Shown: positions 18,376 through 29,650 of the stretch, in pieces
Position numbering within the stretch: position 1 is the first letter of the stretch
Layout of the letters: each line of letters opens with the position of its first letter
Virus record (IMG/VR): IMGVR_UViG_2814123203_000002
Span: 1-64,000 of that record
DNA length: 64,000 nt
Source: a virus
Taxonomy: Duplodnaviria; Caudoviricetes
Strand: one strand, 5' to 3'
The notes under the pieces: model-generated
Seen by the model: the letters and a program-made list of their open reading frames with translations, nothing else
The model's database searches: none
What the model was told of the DNA's origin: nothing
Made by a program: the position numbers and the translations under genes

Positions 18376-19269
18376 ATGTTGAACCAGCCATTAAAACCTA
18401 TGCTTCTACATCCATTGCAGCCGAACCAGATAAAGAAGAACTGGAAATCCAGCTTGAAATGGGATGGCTTTAGATCGTTGATTCACTATGACAATGGAAA
18501 GGTTAGAGCATTTACAAGACAAGGTACGGAGATTACATCAAGGTTTCCGGAATTGACGAATATAAGACTTCCTGTTAAGACAGCAATCTTAGATGGTGAG
18601 TGTATCGTATTTGACTTAACACAGCCTAGAGATCAACCCCAAAAATATTGGTGGGACGATGCAATGACCAGATTCAATACAAAAAATGAGGCAGCTGTAA
18701 AGCGAATAGCCGCTACATTAAGGGCGCATTTTCCTCTTTGGGATATATTGTATTTAGATGGTATTCCTATGCTGGATAAGAGCTTTATGGAACGCCGAGA
18801 GACACTATCAGCGATAGTTCAACGTTCTGAGACTCTATCAGTAACTCCTTTATATGATGACGGCCAAGCACTCTTCCTGAAAGCAAAAGAACTTGGGTTA
18901 GAGGGAATCTGTCAATATAATCCAGATTCTCCCTTGCAATTAGATACTCGCTCTAAAAACATGGTGAAAGTTAAGGCATATCAGTACATCACTTGCCAAA
19001 TATCGTCTATGAGGCTCAAAGGAGGGTTTGGTTGGGGATTAACCGTAAATGGCAAGTATATAGGTGTGATAGAGTTTCCGCCCAGTTCTGAGGTGATCCG
19101 TTCATTCAATCAGATATCCAGGCAACTCGTTCGTGGGGAAAATAAAGATTGGCGTTTTCTTGAACCGATAATAAGTTGCAAAGTAAAATTTCAATGTTTC
19201 ACAAAAGACGGTAAATTACGGTCCCCAAAATTCGAGAGTTTCTGTACAACTATTTCTGTAGGTGATTGA
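18376..19269 (+). CDS. ATP-dependent DNA ligase
   Basis: KWDGFR, ILDGE, WDIL, EGI, KVK and GKLRSP motifs; opposite strand to neighbours. Confidence 0.9.
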   Translation: MLNQPLKPMLLHPLQPNQIKKNWKSSLKWDGFRSLIHYDNGKVRAFTRQGTEITSRFPELTNIRLPVKTAILDGECIVFDLTQPRDQPQKYWWDDAMTRFNTKNEAAVKRIAATLRAHFPLWDILYLDGIPMLDKSFMERRETLSAIVQRSETLSVTPLYDDGQALFLKAKELGLEGICQYNPDSPLQLDTRSKNMVKVKAYQYITCQISSMRLKGGFGWGLTVNGKYIGVIEFPPSSEVIRSFNQISRQLVRGENKDWRFLEPIISCKVKFQCFTKDGKLRSPKFESFCTTISVGD

Positions 19270-19301
19270 AAAGGGGTTAATAATTCCCCTCTTCAATCAC
19301 C
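19261..19301. terminator. Hairpin between convergent ligase and nrdF
   Basis: GGTGATTGAAAAGGGG...CCCCTCTTCAATCACC. Confidence 0.7.
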
Positions 19302-19410
19302 TTAACCAGTGTTGAAATGTCCGTTATAACAAGGTAAACTGCTTCCTCGTTATCTTGACTGCTTAAGAATAATCAAACAATCTAAATAGATTATTTCTTT
19401 ACTGCAAAGA

Positions 19411-20391
19411 TCACTGAAAATTAAAATCAAAATCTTCATCCTTTAGAGGTTCAACGTTAGTTGCTTTTGTATATGAATTTCCTTTAACCGAAAAGAAATC
19501 ATGCTGTTTTGTTTCAGTTCTAATGCCGTTAAGTACAATTGGATTTATCTCTTCTTCAGTAAAATACTGCTCATATCCAATATTCATTAATGCTTTGTTT
19601 GCATTGTATCTGATGTATTTCTTTACATCTTCATTTAGTCCAATTGTTGAATAAAGCTCATCAGTATATAGCAACTCGTTTGCATATAGTTCTTCTAAAA
19701 GTTTTATAACCTCTTCTTGAAGTTTTCGCTGCTCGGCTTTTTTAAAGTTCCTAAAAATTTCTTGAGCAAGCAATCCTACAAAAACTCCATGAATTGATTC
19801 GTCTCGAATGATAAGGGAAATAATTTCCCCACTAGCAGTCATCTTACCTTGTCCTGAAAGCAATAGAGGATAGTAAAAACCACTGTAGAACAAGAAACTT
19901 TCCAAAAATACACTTGCAACTAATGCAATATACAAATCTCTTTCTGCTACAATTGATGTGTAATATTTATCAATAATGTTCGCTTTTTTTTGCAGATACT
20001 TGTTTTCCCTTACCCAAGAAAAAATTTCATCGATTTCTTCATTGGTCGCCAGCGTTGTAAAAATTGTTGAATAGCTTTTTGCATGAATAGCTTCCATATT
20101 AGCAAACAAAGTCAATACTGCTCTTTTATGCTGATTAGTCACTTTTTCAGCTATTTTAGGCATGCCAACAAGAGACTGTTCTGTATCTAACAACGTTAAA
20201 CCTCCCAGCACGCGCTTATATACTTCTCGTTCATGAGGCTCCATCTCAATCCATGTCATTTTATCGCTAGATACAGGAATTTCTTTGTCCAGCCAATACT
20301 GTTGCTGTTGCTGATCCCAAAAAGCTAATACATAATCGTCTTTTAGTGCATTCCAATTAATTGCCTCAAATACTTTAGTCATCTCCAACAT
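19411..20391 (-). CDS. nrdF: Class Ib ribonucleotide reductase beta subunit
   Basis: LTLLDT, EAIHAKSYS, ESFLFYSGF, RDESIHG, HDFFSVKGNSY. Confidence 0.97.
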   Translation of the reverse strand: MLEMTKVFEAINWNALKDDYVLAFWDQQQQQYWLDKEIPVSSDKMTWIEMEPHEREVYKRVLGGLTLLDTEQSLVGMPKIAEKVTNQHKRAVLTLFANMEAIHAKSYSTIFTTLATNEEIDEIFSWVRENKYLQKKANIIDKYYTSIVAERDLYIALVASVFLESFLFYSGFYYPLLLSGQGKMTASGEIISLIIRDESIHGVFVGLLAQEIFRNFKKAEQRKLQEEVIKLLEELYANELLYTDELYSTIGLNEDVKKYIRYNANKALMNIGYEQYFTEEEINPIVLNGIRTETKQHDFFSVKGNSYTKATNVEPLKDEDFDFNFQ

Positions 20392-20420
20392 CCTTATTAT
20401 TTATTATATATAATATTGAT

Positions 20421-22496
20421 TTAAACAGAACAAGCTGTACACTCTTCAACACTAAGTAGTTTAGTTCTGATATAATATAGACTTTTTAACTTCTTGTGTG
20501 CAGCATATACATATAATCGCGCCAATTCTCTAGTAGTTGTATTTGTGTCAATAAATAAGATAGTACTAATTCCTTGGTCAACATGTCTTTGCATTTCTGC
20601 AATTAAATCAATGATCTTATACTGATTCATGTTATACGCTGATTTATAATAAAAGAAATTACCACGTTCCAAGTATGGCATTGGATAATACGTTGTTGAT
20701 TTCGCGTATGTCCTAGTTTCTATTGCATCAACAATTGGCATGACACTTGCAGTTGAATTCTGAAGGTATCCAATTGATTGAGTAGGAGCAGTGGCAAGCC
20801 TATAAGCATTATAAAGTCCATGTTTTTGCACTTTTTCTTTTAAATTTTTCCAATCTTCCTGTTTCGGAATGTGAATGCCTTCAAACAAATTTTTAATTTT
20901 GTCTGTTTGAGGATTAAAGTCCTCATTTAGATACATGTCAAAATAGGTACCTTTAGCATATTCCGACTTTTCAAAATCCTTAAAAGTTCCTTTTTCCTTA
21001 GCTATTAACATACTTTTTTCTAAAGAGTAAAAGTTCATCATCATAAAAAATGTTCTTACAAAATCAATAGCTTCTTTACTTTCGTACATGATTCTATTTT
21101 TCGCAAAATATCCATGCAGATTCATTGCTCCAAGACCAACAGCATGCAATTCTTCGTTAGCCTTTTTTACAGTTGGAACATTTTTAATATCTGTCATATC
21201 TGAAACATTGGTTAATGCTTCAATAGCTAAGTGAATGGTATCTCTAATCTTCTTAGTTTCCATAACATTTACTATGTTAACTGATCCAAGATTGCAATTA
21301 ATATCCCTGTTAATTTCATCTTTTTCTCCGTAGTTATTGATTATACTTTCTTCTTGTAACTGCATAATCTCCGTACACAAATTAGAAATTTTAATCTCAC
21401 CAATGTCCTTCAGGGCATGATGCTCATTTGCATTTGTCTTGAAAAAAAGATACGGATAACCTGATTCCATTTGAGTTGATGCAATCATTGTTAGCATATC
21501 TCTTGCATTCATAGATTTTTTAATTATATTTTTATTTTTAACTAATTTATCATACATTAAAGACATATCCATATCACAAAACTGGATACCGTACTCTTTA
21601 AATACAGAGTTTGGTGCAAACATATAAAATTCTTTATTTTCTTTAGCCAGTTCAAAAAATTTATTTTCTACAATTAGACCAACTGACAATGATTGAATAC
21701 GACTTTTTTCGTCTACATTAATTTTTTTAGTTTGTAAGAATTCTATAACATCATAATGAAAAATGTTTAAATAAACTGCTCCAGCACCCTTTCTTTGGCC
21801 CATCTGGTCTGCATAAGAAAAAGCATCTTCAAGAAGTTTCATGACAGGTAGAACACCTTTAGCTGCACCCTGAACATCTTTAATTGATTCTCCCCTTGCT
21901 CTTAGTCTGGAGAGATCAATTGCCACTCCTCCACCAAGTTTTGATAGTTGCATAGCTGAGGACAAATTAAAATTAATTGAATTAAGATTGTCACCCATGT
22001 TAAGTAGAAAGCAGCTTACCATCTCCCCCCTTTTTTTCTTCCCAGCGTTCAAAAAGGTTGGAGTTGCTGGTTGATATCGTTGTTCCATCATACCTCTAAC
22101 CAATTGTACAGCATATTCATAATCGCCCTTTGCTAAATAGAGAGCAACAATAGCAACTCTGTCTTCATACGTTTCTAAGTATTTCTTCTTATCGTTTGTC
22201 TTTAGGGCGTATTCGTTATAGAACTTTGAAATTGCCATAAAAGATTGAAATTTAAACTCATATGAGTATGCAATTTTGAAAATTTCGTTAATTTGATTAT
22301 TAGTATACTGTTCATAAACATTGTAATAAAAATGATTTTCCATCAGATATTTAAGTCTTTCTTCAATTGAATTAAACTTTACCAATTTTCTTTTAACTTC
22401 TCTTTGAAACTCTTTGACTGCTTCAATATCTTTTTCTAATTGAAAGAATCTATCTTTCCGTATTGTAACTTGATTATTAAGTTCAAAATATTTCAA
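20421..22496 (-). CDS. nrdE: Class Ib ribonucleotide reductase alpha subunit
   Basis: PATPTFLNAG, SCF, SNLCTEI, APTQSI, SLYY, C-terminal CTAC. Confidence 0.97.
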   Translation of the reverse strand: MKYFELNNQVTIRKDRFFQLEKDIEAVKEFQREVKRKLVKFNSIEERLKYLMENHFYYNVYEQYTNNQINEIFKIAYSYEFKFQSFMAISKFYNEYALKTNDKKKYLETYEDRVAIVALYLAKGDYEYAVQLVRGMMEQRYQPATPTFLNAGKKKRGEMVSCFLLNMGDNLNSINFNLSSAMQLSKLGGGVAIDLSRLRARGESIKDVQGAAKGVLPVMKLLEDAFSYADQMGQRKGAGAVYLNIFHYDVIEFLQTKKINVDEKSRIQSLSVGLIVENKFFELAKENKEFYMFAPNSVFKEYGIQFCDMDMSLMYDKLVKNKNIIKKSMNARDMLTMIASTQMESGYPYLFFKTNANEHHALKDIGEIKISNLCTEIMQLQEESIINNYGEKDEINRDINCNLGSVNIVNVMETKKIRDTIHLAIEALTNVSDMTDIKNVPTVKKANEELHAVGLGAMNLHGYFAKNRIMYESKEAIDFVRTFFMMMNFYSLEKSMLIAKEKGTFKDFEKSEYAKGTYFDMYLNEDFNPQTDKIKNLFEGIHIPKQEDWKNLKEKVQKHGLYNAYRLATAPTQSIGYLQNSTASVMPIVDAIETRTYAKSTTYYPMPYLERGNFFYYKSAYNMNQYKIIDLIAEMQRHVDQGISTILFIDTNTTTRELARLYVYAAHKKLKSLYYIRTKLLSVEECTACSV

Positions 22497-22842
22497 GTTC
22501 TTTCACCCTTCTTTTAAAATATTCAACATCTTGTTTTGTTCCAGATAGTTCGAATTTCGAAATAATTGGAACATCATAATTCAATGAAATTACATCTGCA
22601 CTTTTAGCGTAGTTTTTTCCCCAATTCTTGTTTCCACTTGATGAAACTCCCTTTAAAAAAGGATAATTTTTATTTAAAAATTTTTTAGTAATTTCCGGTA
22701 CACAACCAAATCCTGTTGTATATGTAACACATATAAACTCTTCCTTTGCAATTGTTTCATCAATTATTTTCATTGCATTCATATTCAATTTAGATATAAA
22801 TCTTTCTACGTTTCCAGTCATGGAATCATAATAGATTTTCAT
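22483..22842 (-). CDS. nrdI: NrdI flavodoxin
   Basis: YDSMTGNVERF, TYTTGFG, SGNKNWG, KFELSGT. Confidence 0.95.
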   Translation of the reverse strand: MKIYYDSMTGNVERFISKLNMNAMKIIDETIAKEEFICVTYTTGFGCVPEITKKFLNKNYPFLKGVSSSGNKNWGKNYAKSADVISLNYDVPIISKFELSGTKQDVEYFKRRVKELEIF

Positions 22843-22949
22843 ACTTCTCTTTCACCTGTCTTTGTATTCATGAGAAAAAAATAAGAAGGAGACATAAATA
22901 TATGTCAACCTTCTTATTTTATTATATAGTATATTTATAATTTAGTCAA

Positions 22950-23100
22950 TTTGTCTTTCTTCTCAGTAGAAGGAGGAAGTTGAACAATTGGCATGCTCGA
23001 ACCTGAAACCTGAGATTGAACTCCATCCCATTTTTTCACCCATTCCATTTGAACAAGTTCACTTGTAATTGACTGTTTAAGCAATTCGTTTGCCTGCTGC
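22950..23100 (-). pseudogene. C-terminal remnant of an SPFH/prohibitin-like gene
   Basis: Minus strand reads QQANELLKQSITSELVQMEWVKKWDGVQSQVSG with no start. Confidence 0.45.
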
Positions 23101-23328
23101 TAATTTAATTTTATTCATTTTTGTCTCCTTATTATTTATTTTTTGCTTATTTTATCTTCTACTTCTTCAAAGTTTTGCTTAAATTTTGTTGAAGACTTCT
23201 TAAACTTTTCATAAACCTTTAAATATATTTGTAGAATTACTTCCAAAAAAGCAAACCATAATAAAAACAAAACAAGAAAAAATAATACAAACAAAACAAA
23301 TAGAGTATTCATTATATTCCATCTCTCT

Positions 23329-24954
23329 TTATAAAACTTTATAATCTGACAGAACTACTTGTGGTGTAACCTCAATTTGACCTCTCCACTTTTTCCATAT
23401 ATTATTTTTAAGTTGCCCTATCACTTCTAGACGCGATAATTCTTCGATATCACTTCCCCATTTTTCATTGACTTTAAATTTGATTGCTACAACATCTTCA
23501 CAGGAAATCTTAACTGTATCACGATTTGATCCTAATATTTTTTTATCTTCAACTATAAGATCATTAATCAAAAAAGTTGCAGCTGGAAAACCTACTCCAG
23601 TTAAAAAATCGAATTTTTCAACTTGATTAACAAAATTAATACTAATTTGATCTGCACTAATCGATAGATCATAATAAATTTCTGTATTGAAATCATTCTC
23701 AGAAAGTAGATGATTAGAAATATTCAAAAAATCGTTTAAATTATCCTTATTAAGTGCAATACCACCAGCAAATTCATGACCAACAGCGTACTTTAGTAAT
23801 TTTCGTACTTTTTTCTGATTGAGAAAAGTCCGCAAAGGAAAATTTGCTATTGATCTAAAACTTCCGACCAACTCGTCATTATAGTCTCTCATCACTAATG
23901 AAGGTTTTTTATATTCCTGTGCAAGTTTGTTTGCAACTAGTCCATTAAACCCTTTACTAGCATTAGAATCTATAGCAACAAGAATTTTATCGTTGTGATT
24001 TACTTTTTTAGAATATGAGTTAAAAAGATCAGTTTCTTTTTTCTTTCTTTGATTGTTTAATTCTGTCATAATCTCAACTAACTCTAGACATCTATCAAAA
24101 TCATCACAGAGCAATAATTCAATTGCTAACTCAATTTTCTCTAATCTAGCAACACCATTTAATAAAGGTCCTATAGTAAATCCAAGAGTTTGTGAATTTA
24201 TGTTGTTTGGGTCTATTTTATTGTATTCTAAAATCGATTTTAATCCAGTATTTCTTATATTATCCATTCCTTTGATGATAATATATCTATTTTCTAATAT
24301 ATCAACTGGCATCATATCTGCATACATTCCACAGCTGACCATGTCAATAAAATGATCTATATTTCCTGTTTGTAATGTATCATCTATAACTTGTAGGGTT
24401 TTATATACAACACCAGTTCCACTTAAATTTTTATTTGGATAATTATCAAGCTTTGGATTTACAATCACTGCATAAGAGTTACTTTTCTCATAATCATGGT
24501 GATCTATGATAACTATTTCTATACCTTTTTCTTTTAGCTCTTTACAGGCATCAATAGAATTTGTGGATGAATCTAGAATAATTATGAGATCAGTATCGTC
24601 AGTAATCATGTCCATTTGATGTTCTACCCCATGCCCCATGTTTCTTTGGTTGTAAGATATATAGATATTATCGCTAAAATTAGACAAATACCTTTTCATA
24701 ATAGCTGTAGACAATATCCCATCACTATCGGGGTCCATACTAATGCATATTTTTGATTTATTCATTACATGTTTAATAATGATATTTGAAGCATTTTCAA
24801 TATTACTTAGTAAATAAGGATCGTAAAGAACTGAAGCATTGGGATGAAGAAATTCTTCTACATTTTCAATACCCCTTATTTTTAATAGTTTAGTTAAAAT
24901 ATCATCATCATACTCATATTCAATAATTGGTTTTTTTTCTCTCCAAACGCCCAT
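23329..24954 (-). CDS. recJ: RecJ-like DHH exonuclease (YorK-like)
   Basis: DPDSDG, IIDHH, ADMM, GSFRS, GHEFAGG. Confidence 0.9.
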   Translation of the reverse strand: MGVWREKKPIIEYEYDDDILTKLLKIRGIENVEEFLHPNASVLYDPYLLSNIENASNIIIKHVMNKSKICISMDPDSDGILSTAIMKRYLSNFSDNIYISYNQRNMGHGVEHQMDMITDDTDLIIILDSSTNSIDACKELKEKGIEIVIIDHHDYEKSNSYAVIVNPKLDNYPNKNLSGTGVVYKTLQVIDDTLQTGNIDHFIDMVSCGMYADMMPVDILENRYIIIKGMDNIRNTGLKSILEYNKIDPNNINSQTLGFTIGPLLNGVARLEKIELAIELLLCDDFDRCLELVEIMTELNNQRKKKETDLFNSYSKKVNHNDKILVAIDSNASKGFNGLVANKLAQEYKKPSLVMRDYNDELVGSFRSIANFPLRTFLNQKKVRKLLKYAVGHEFAGGIALNKDNLNDFLNISNHLLSENDFNTEIYYDLSISADQISINFVNQVEKFDFLTGVGFPAATFLINDLIVEDKKILGSNRDTVKISCEDVVAIKFKVNEKWGSDIEELSRLEVIGQLKNNIWKKWRGQIEVTPQVVLSDYKVL

Positions 24955-25342
24955 TTCTACCTCCTTTTATAGACCATCTTTAATTCTCTATGCTTCGAAT
25001 AAACTCATTGATATCTTTATATCTTTTAGATTCTTCTATAAAATTAACATCGTCACTGATGACACAAACATATGGCTCTTTTGTTTTTTGTCGGATTATT
25101 TTATGCACTTTTTTATGAGGATTCAGTTCAACTTTTATTTTTCCCATTCCAACAAGGCCACTATCTGTATAATAGATATAATTCAACATTACTGCTCCTT
25201 AGTTCTGGTTGTTATTCATATTACTATTATCTATAAAATAAGGATTTTATTTATTTTTGATGACTACTTTTTGTTTAAAAAATCGGTATTTTTTATCTAT
25301 TATAGATTGCTATAATTTCAATGTTTTGAAGTCCAAAAAACT

Positions 25343-26269
25343 CTAGAATACGTACTCATCAAGAGCACCCGCCTCATGTGAGTCATCAATTATTCGTCTT
25401 CCCCTTGCATAGTCTATATCTAGATACATACGACTAGCACTATACCATGAGCCGCGATCTACCACCTCGGCTGCGTATGCTAGTGGTATTGACGGATGGG
25501 TATACCCAACGATATCCCCTTCACGTATTTCCGTAGGATTCGGCACGCTCAGATACTCCGCAGGCACCTTCAGCCCCAGCGCACGCCTGAACGCAATTGC
25601 CCGACCGATATGCGAATTAAAGACGTCGCCGGGTGCGCATTTTGCGATACCTCTTTTGTAAATCTCCTTTTTAGCGGCACTGCGAAGCAGGCACACTACC
25701 GTTTTCTTTTTGCGATTAACAATATACTCTGCGGATGAAGCGCCTGTGCCATTTATTTTATAAAACGAACTGAGGTTGCTCGTAATACGTCTAATAAAAT
25801 CTTCAAGCCCCTTGAGATCAGCCTTCGCTTTTTCCACGATCTCATCACGGATTTCTTGTGGCGACTTCTCGGTTTGCTGCTTCGGTCCTTCCAGCTTTGA
25901 TACGCGGAGGGCCAACGTTGCCAGTTCGCCTGTAAGTCGTTCCATTTCGCTCTTGATGGCGGAGATTTCGTCGGGTTCTTCGGATTCGTCGATTGGCTCA
26001 AGGACTACGTATTCACTACTCCAGAGAGTGTACAACCGCCCCTCCTCGTCCTCGTCCTCGTCGCCGATACGCCTACACAAGACACCATTAGCACAAGTTT
26101 TAATAACTTCAAACTCATCCCCATTCTCGTAGTAACGCCCCCAGTACGGCTCCGCATCAACTGCCCGAATCTTTTCTCCTACCTTAGCATCTCGTTTAAC
26201 CTCACGGTATTTTACATTTCCCATACCCGATTCCTCCCTTGATTTTGGTATAGACTTGCGATATCGCAA
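25343..26269 (-). CDS. Hypothetical phage protein
   Basis: Long ORF with GIAKCAPGDVFNSHIGRAIA motif, also seen in 30543..31040. Confidence 0.6.
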   Translation of the reverse strand: MRYRKSIPKSREESGMGNVKYREVKRDAKVGEKIRAVDAEPYWGRYYENGDEFEVIKTCANGVLCRRIGDEDEDEEGRLYTLWSSEYVVLEPIDESEEPDEISAIKSEMERLTGELATLALRVSKLEGPKQQTEKSPQEIRDEIVEKAKADLKGLEDFIRRITSNLSSFYKINGTGASSAEYIVNRKKKTVVCLLRSAAKKEIYKRGIAKCAPGDVFNSHIGRAIAFRRALGLKVPAEYLSVPNPTEIREGDIVGYTHPSIPLAYAAEVVDRGSWYSASRMYLDIDYARGRRIIDDSHEAGALDEYVF

Positions 26270-26633
26270 TTACCGTTCTTCCCAGTTAATTATTCGTACA
26301 CTTGTTACATATTGACAGATGTCGTCATCGTGTTCAATTTCCAACAGGTCCCCATTTGAGTCGAAAAGTTTTAGGCATTTTACATACCCCTCACCGTCTA
26401 GCTCGATGTGTTTTTTATTTTCCGGAAACCCCATATTCAGCGGCTCACCTGTCTCTAGATCGCCTACTGCGAACCGGAGAATGTCCCAACCAAGGCAATT
26501 CCCCCGAGTTGATAGATAACGACTGCCTTATACTCCCCGTGTTGCAGGACAACCTCAACAATGTGAACAGTATCTTTTGGATAAGACCACTCTCCTACGT
26601 ATGCCTCTACGGTGTGCCCGATCAACTCAACGT

Positions 26634-27101
26634 TCAATTTAACGCCCCCTTAAGCTTTCCTCTATAAAACGACCTCATATCGTCTTTCTCGATGATCGCT
26701 GGCGAATATGGGTCATTTTCTATTAGCATCCTTGCTTTCTTCCAAGGGTCTTCACTATGGGTTAAAGCTTCTAACACTTTTGCATCAAGCCGCCCATACT
26801 TTTTCCAAACTTGCTTTAATACATGTAGTCCGTTGTCATCAAAAATTGAGTCTTGAAAGCTTTTTGTATCTTCTTTAATCGGGCTCCAACCAAATTCCCT
26901 GTAATCAAGATAAAGTTTGTAGTTTACTGGGCCGTGAACCCAAGCTTCAAATTCATCATCAAACATAGGTGCCTGATAGAAAGCCAGATGCCATGCTTGT
27001 GCATAGTAACATAGTTTCTGCAATTTAAGATGACTTAAAGGCTCATTCCGTGAGTTTGCACATTTGATGAAGTACTTTGCTACCTCGTATATGGTTACCA
27101 T
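26634..27101 (-). CDS. Panacea-domain (DUF4065/SocA/GepA) antitoxin-like protein
   Basis: LKLQKLCYYAQ, FEAWVHGPV, LTHSEDPW. Confidence 0.9.
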   Translation of the reverse strand: MVTIYEVAKYFIKCANSRNEPLSHLKLQKLCYYAQAWHLAFYQAPMFDDEFEAWVHGPVNYKLYLDYREFGWSPIKEDTKSFQDSIFDDNGLHVLKQVWKKYGRLDAKVLEALTHSEDPWKKARMLIENDPYSPAIIEKDDMRSFYRGKLKGALN

Positions 27102-27412
27102 ACTTCCTCCCCTACAGGCTCACCGAAATCAATCTCCTCATGGCGGTTTCCATCATTGACACTTGCGCATAGTTCTTCGAGTCTAGGTGCCGATTTACGC
27201 CTAAGTAGCTGTAACATATCCTCGCCAGTTAACCCGATAACCACATAATCCTCACGGTTTCGCTTAAACCGGTTGCTCCAGTAAGACAGTGCCCATTTTG
27301 CAGTCCCTTCGGTGCGGTATGCAGACTTGCCCGCTGCCATACAACCACCAGTCTTTCGATTTACGATAACCCAGATATTCCAATCTTCCCCGCGTGTATA
27401 CGTAAATTTCAA
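27095..27412 (-). CDS. Chimeric protein with a MazE-like C-terminal tail
   Basis: Ends LEELCASVNDGNRHEEIDFGEPVGEEVW, like the MazE tail ...LHENIDWGEPKDKEVW; no AbrB domain. Confidence 0.65.
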   Translation of the reverse strand: MKFTYTRGEDWNIWVIVNRKTGGCMAAGKSAYRTEGTAKWALSYWSNRFKRNREDYVVIGLTGEDMLQLLRRKSAPRLEELCASVNDGNRHEEIDFGEPVGEEVW

Positions 27413-27540
27413 ATTAAGCGTCCTCCTTCCTCATATCCTCGATAACGGACTTCATATCGTTGATAATTTGCAGTTTAAGTTCGTCCCGATCAATCTTCCT
27501 TCCGTGTTCAAACAGAGTGCCTTTAGTTTATGGTCGAGAC

Positions 27541-27780
27541 TCATTCTTCGTCCTCCTCGTTTTCGTGTACAATTTCGAGTGGCTCTCCGTTCTTGCCAGC
27601 CTCGTACGCCTGTTTGATCCAGCCTTCGATGCTATATACGAAGCTTAAATTACGCTCTAACATCGCATCTTCCGGGTCCCCACTCAAGCATCCGATGTCA
27701 AAACCACCCCTTCCATCGATGTCCATTTCGAGTCTTGCGCACTCATTCCAATCTTCTCCGTGCGTAAAGGTAATTTTCAT
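27541..27780 (-). CDS. Acidic hypothetical phage protein
   Basis: MKITFTHGEDWNE start after a GGAGGAG RBS. Confidence 0.6.
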   Translation of the reverse strand: MKITFTHGEDWNECARLEMDIDGRGGFDIGCLSGDPEDAMLERNLSFVYSIEGWIKQAYEAGKNGEPLEIVHENEEDEE

Positions 27781-27781
27781 A

Positions 27782-28171
27782 TTAAGACTCCTCCGTATAT
27801 TTTTTATATTGGTACGCTGCACGCTGGGCCTCTCTTGTACCACTAATCGGAGCCCCCACGCGCAGGGCCTCTTTGACAAAATCTTCGTCTCCGTCCCCAC
27901 ACGGTAGGCCTTGCGTAAACTGATACCAATGTACAAGCTCGTGTAATAAAGCATCGAGAACACCAGATCTCGGCATTTTTGCGTTTACCTTCCTACTGAA
28001 CCGGAGCACAATCGTGCCGTCATTGTAGGCGGTGAAATAACCAATGCGACGTTTCCAGTCTCGGTTAACCAGTTCGATTTTCCCCGTATACTCGGTCGAC
28101 CAGTGTTTACGGCACAGTCTATTTGCATGATCGTAAAGCTCTTGGAGAGTCATATCGCCAGTGTCCGGCAT
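27782..28171 (-). CDS. SprT-like zinc metalloprotease domain protein
   Basis: LLHELVHW (HExxH). Confidence 0.75.
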   Translation of the reverse strand: MPDTGDMTLQELYDHANRLCRKHWSTEYTGKIELVNRDWKRRIGYFTAYNDGTIVLRFSRKVNAKMPRSGVLDALLHELVHWYQFTQGLPCGDGDEDFVKEALRVGAPISGTREAQRAAYQYKKYTEES

Positions 28172-28606
28172 CTATTCGGCCTCCCAACGGCCAATTCTAG
28201 TTAAGTCTTTCGTAAAACGTTCCGTATCCATTGCAATTGACGCTATATGCGTAATACCAAAGCTACTACGAAGTAAATGTTTTCCTTTCAACCCGATCAC
28301 TGACCCGATATGATAGATATAACCACTATTCTTCCAATCACCCTCGCCTACGAGCATCAGCCCATATAATTTAAAATGATCACGCAAACGAAAGATGAAT
28401 TCATCCCAGTCCTTTTCGGCAAAGGACACCCTTCCGTTTTTGTACCAAGCCACCGCTCTATAATCTGTACTATCTTCCGGGTCAGATGTGCATGGGCGTT
28501 CTCCGGTTTCACGCTCCAATTGCTGCTCGTAAGTCAGCAAGGCTTCATGATAGATAGTAACGTGATAGTAGTATCCCTTATCTTCTGTTCTAGGATTGTA
28601 TTTCAC
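28172..28606 (-). CDS. Hypothetical phage protein
   Basis: GGAGG RBS, operon context. Confidence 0.55.
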   Translation of the reverse strand: MKYNPRTEDKGYYYHVTIYHEALLTYEQQLERETGERPCTSDPEDSTDYRAVAWYKNGRVSFAEKDWDEFIFRLRDHFKLYGLMLVGEGDWKNSGYIYHIGSVIGLKGKHLLRSSFGITHIASIAMDTERFTKDLTRIGRWEAE

Positions 28607-29362
28607 TCTCTTCCGCCTCCTCCCTACCTGTCCGCAATCATCATGGCTACATTAGCAACGTCGGCAGCTTGATATATAGACCAAGGATCATCACTTTTAG
28701 CAACACTATCCCATATAATGGCATTCTGTAATTTACGGCACTCTTCTACCAGCCTCACAAAGAGAGAATCTACTGAGAGATCTATCCAGCCGACTTTATA
28801 ATCATTTTTCCGACGTAATTTAATCTCCTCATTAAATCCAGTAGATTTCATTGCACACCTCCTCCTCATTGTGGTATAGTTGGTGTGATAATGTTTAAAT
28901 TCGAACGGTTGTCGGCCAGGACAGCCGTTCTATTTTTGTGGGCTTCTTCGAGTTCTTTTTCAAGTTGTTCGATTTCGCCACAATTACCCAATCCCAAGTG
29001 CCATCTTTTTCATGGTGTTTTTTGTTGCGACGATACATGAATTTGAGCTCTTCGATACGCTGGCGAGCTGATTTAAAGTCGTACATGTTGTTCACCTCCT
29101 TCTAATATTTCTTCCGTAATGTAAGTTTCATATATGTGTTCCACCTTAGTGCTGCTGTTCGTTTTGGAAGCTATTTCTGCTAGAATATCAATGGCCGCAT
29201 CTTCTTTATAATCTTTATCAACCTTACTCTCGCTATATGAATCCGTGTAAATTAACCATACTTTCAAACCTTCTCACCTCTTTATCAGAATTTAAAGGAT
29301 AACCACTCTCCTTTGTCGAAAGTTGGAAGTTGTAGACTACCAAATTAAAGGAGTGAATTTCA

Positions 29363-29650
29363 ATGGCAATTAGTAAAAACCTAAAGGCTGTTTTAGAGCA
29401 TCTGGGTAACCAATACACAGTGAAAACTATTGACCTTGAAGAATGTGCCTACCGTAAATTGAATGACCGTTATGATATCGAGATATCCGGTTGCCGCAAA
29501 AAGAATGGTCCTTATCACGTTTATGTTTGGGACATTACCCGCGGGACAAGCGTTGCTGCTCAAATTGTTGAACAGTTTAGCGATATAAAAGGACTACCTC
29601 AATTAAAAGCAACACTTAAACATATCGAAACAAAATATGGAACGAATTAA
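29363..29650 (+). CDS. Hypothetical protein on the opposite strand
   Basis: AAAGGAG RBS, 95 aa. Confidence 0.6.
   Translation: MAISKNLKAVLEHLGNQYTVKTIDLEECAYRKLNDRYDIEISGCRKKNGPYHVYVWDITRGTSVAAQIVEQFSDIKGLPQLKATLKHIETKYGTN

Noticed and set aside
19411-22496. Group I introns or intein in nrdE/nrdF, as in SPbeta
   Set aside because: Both ORFs are continuous and of normal length
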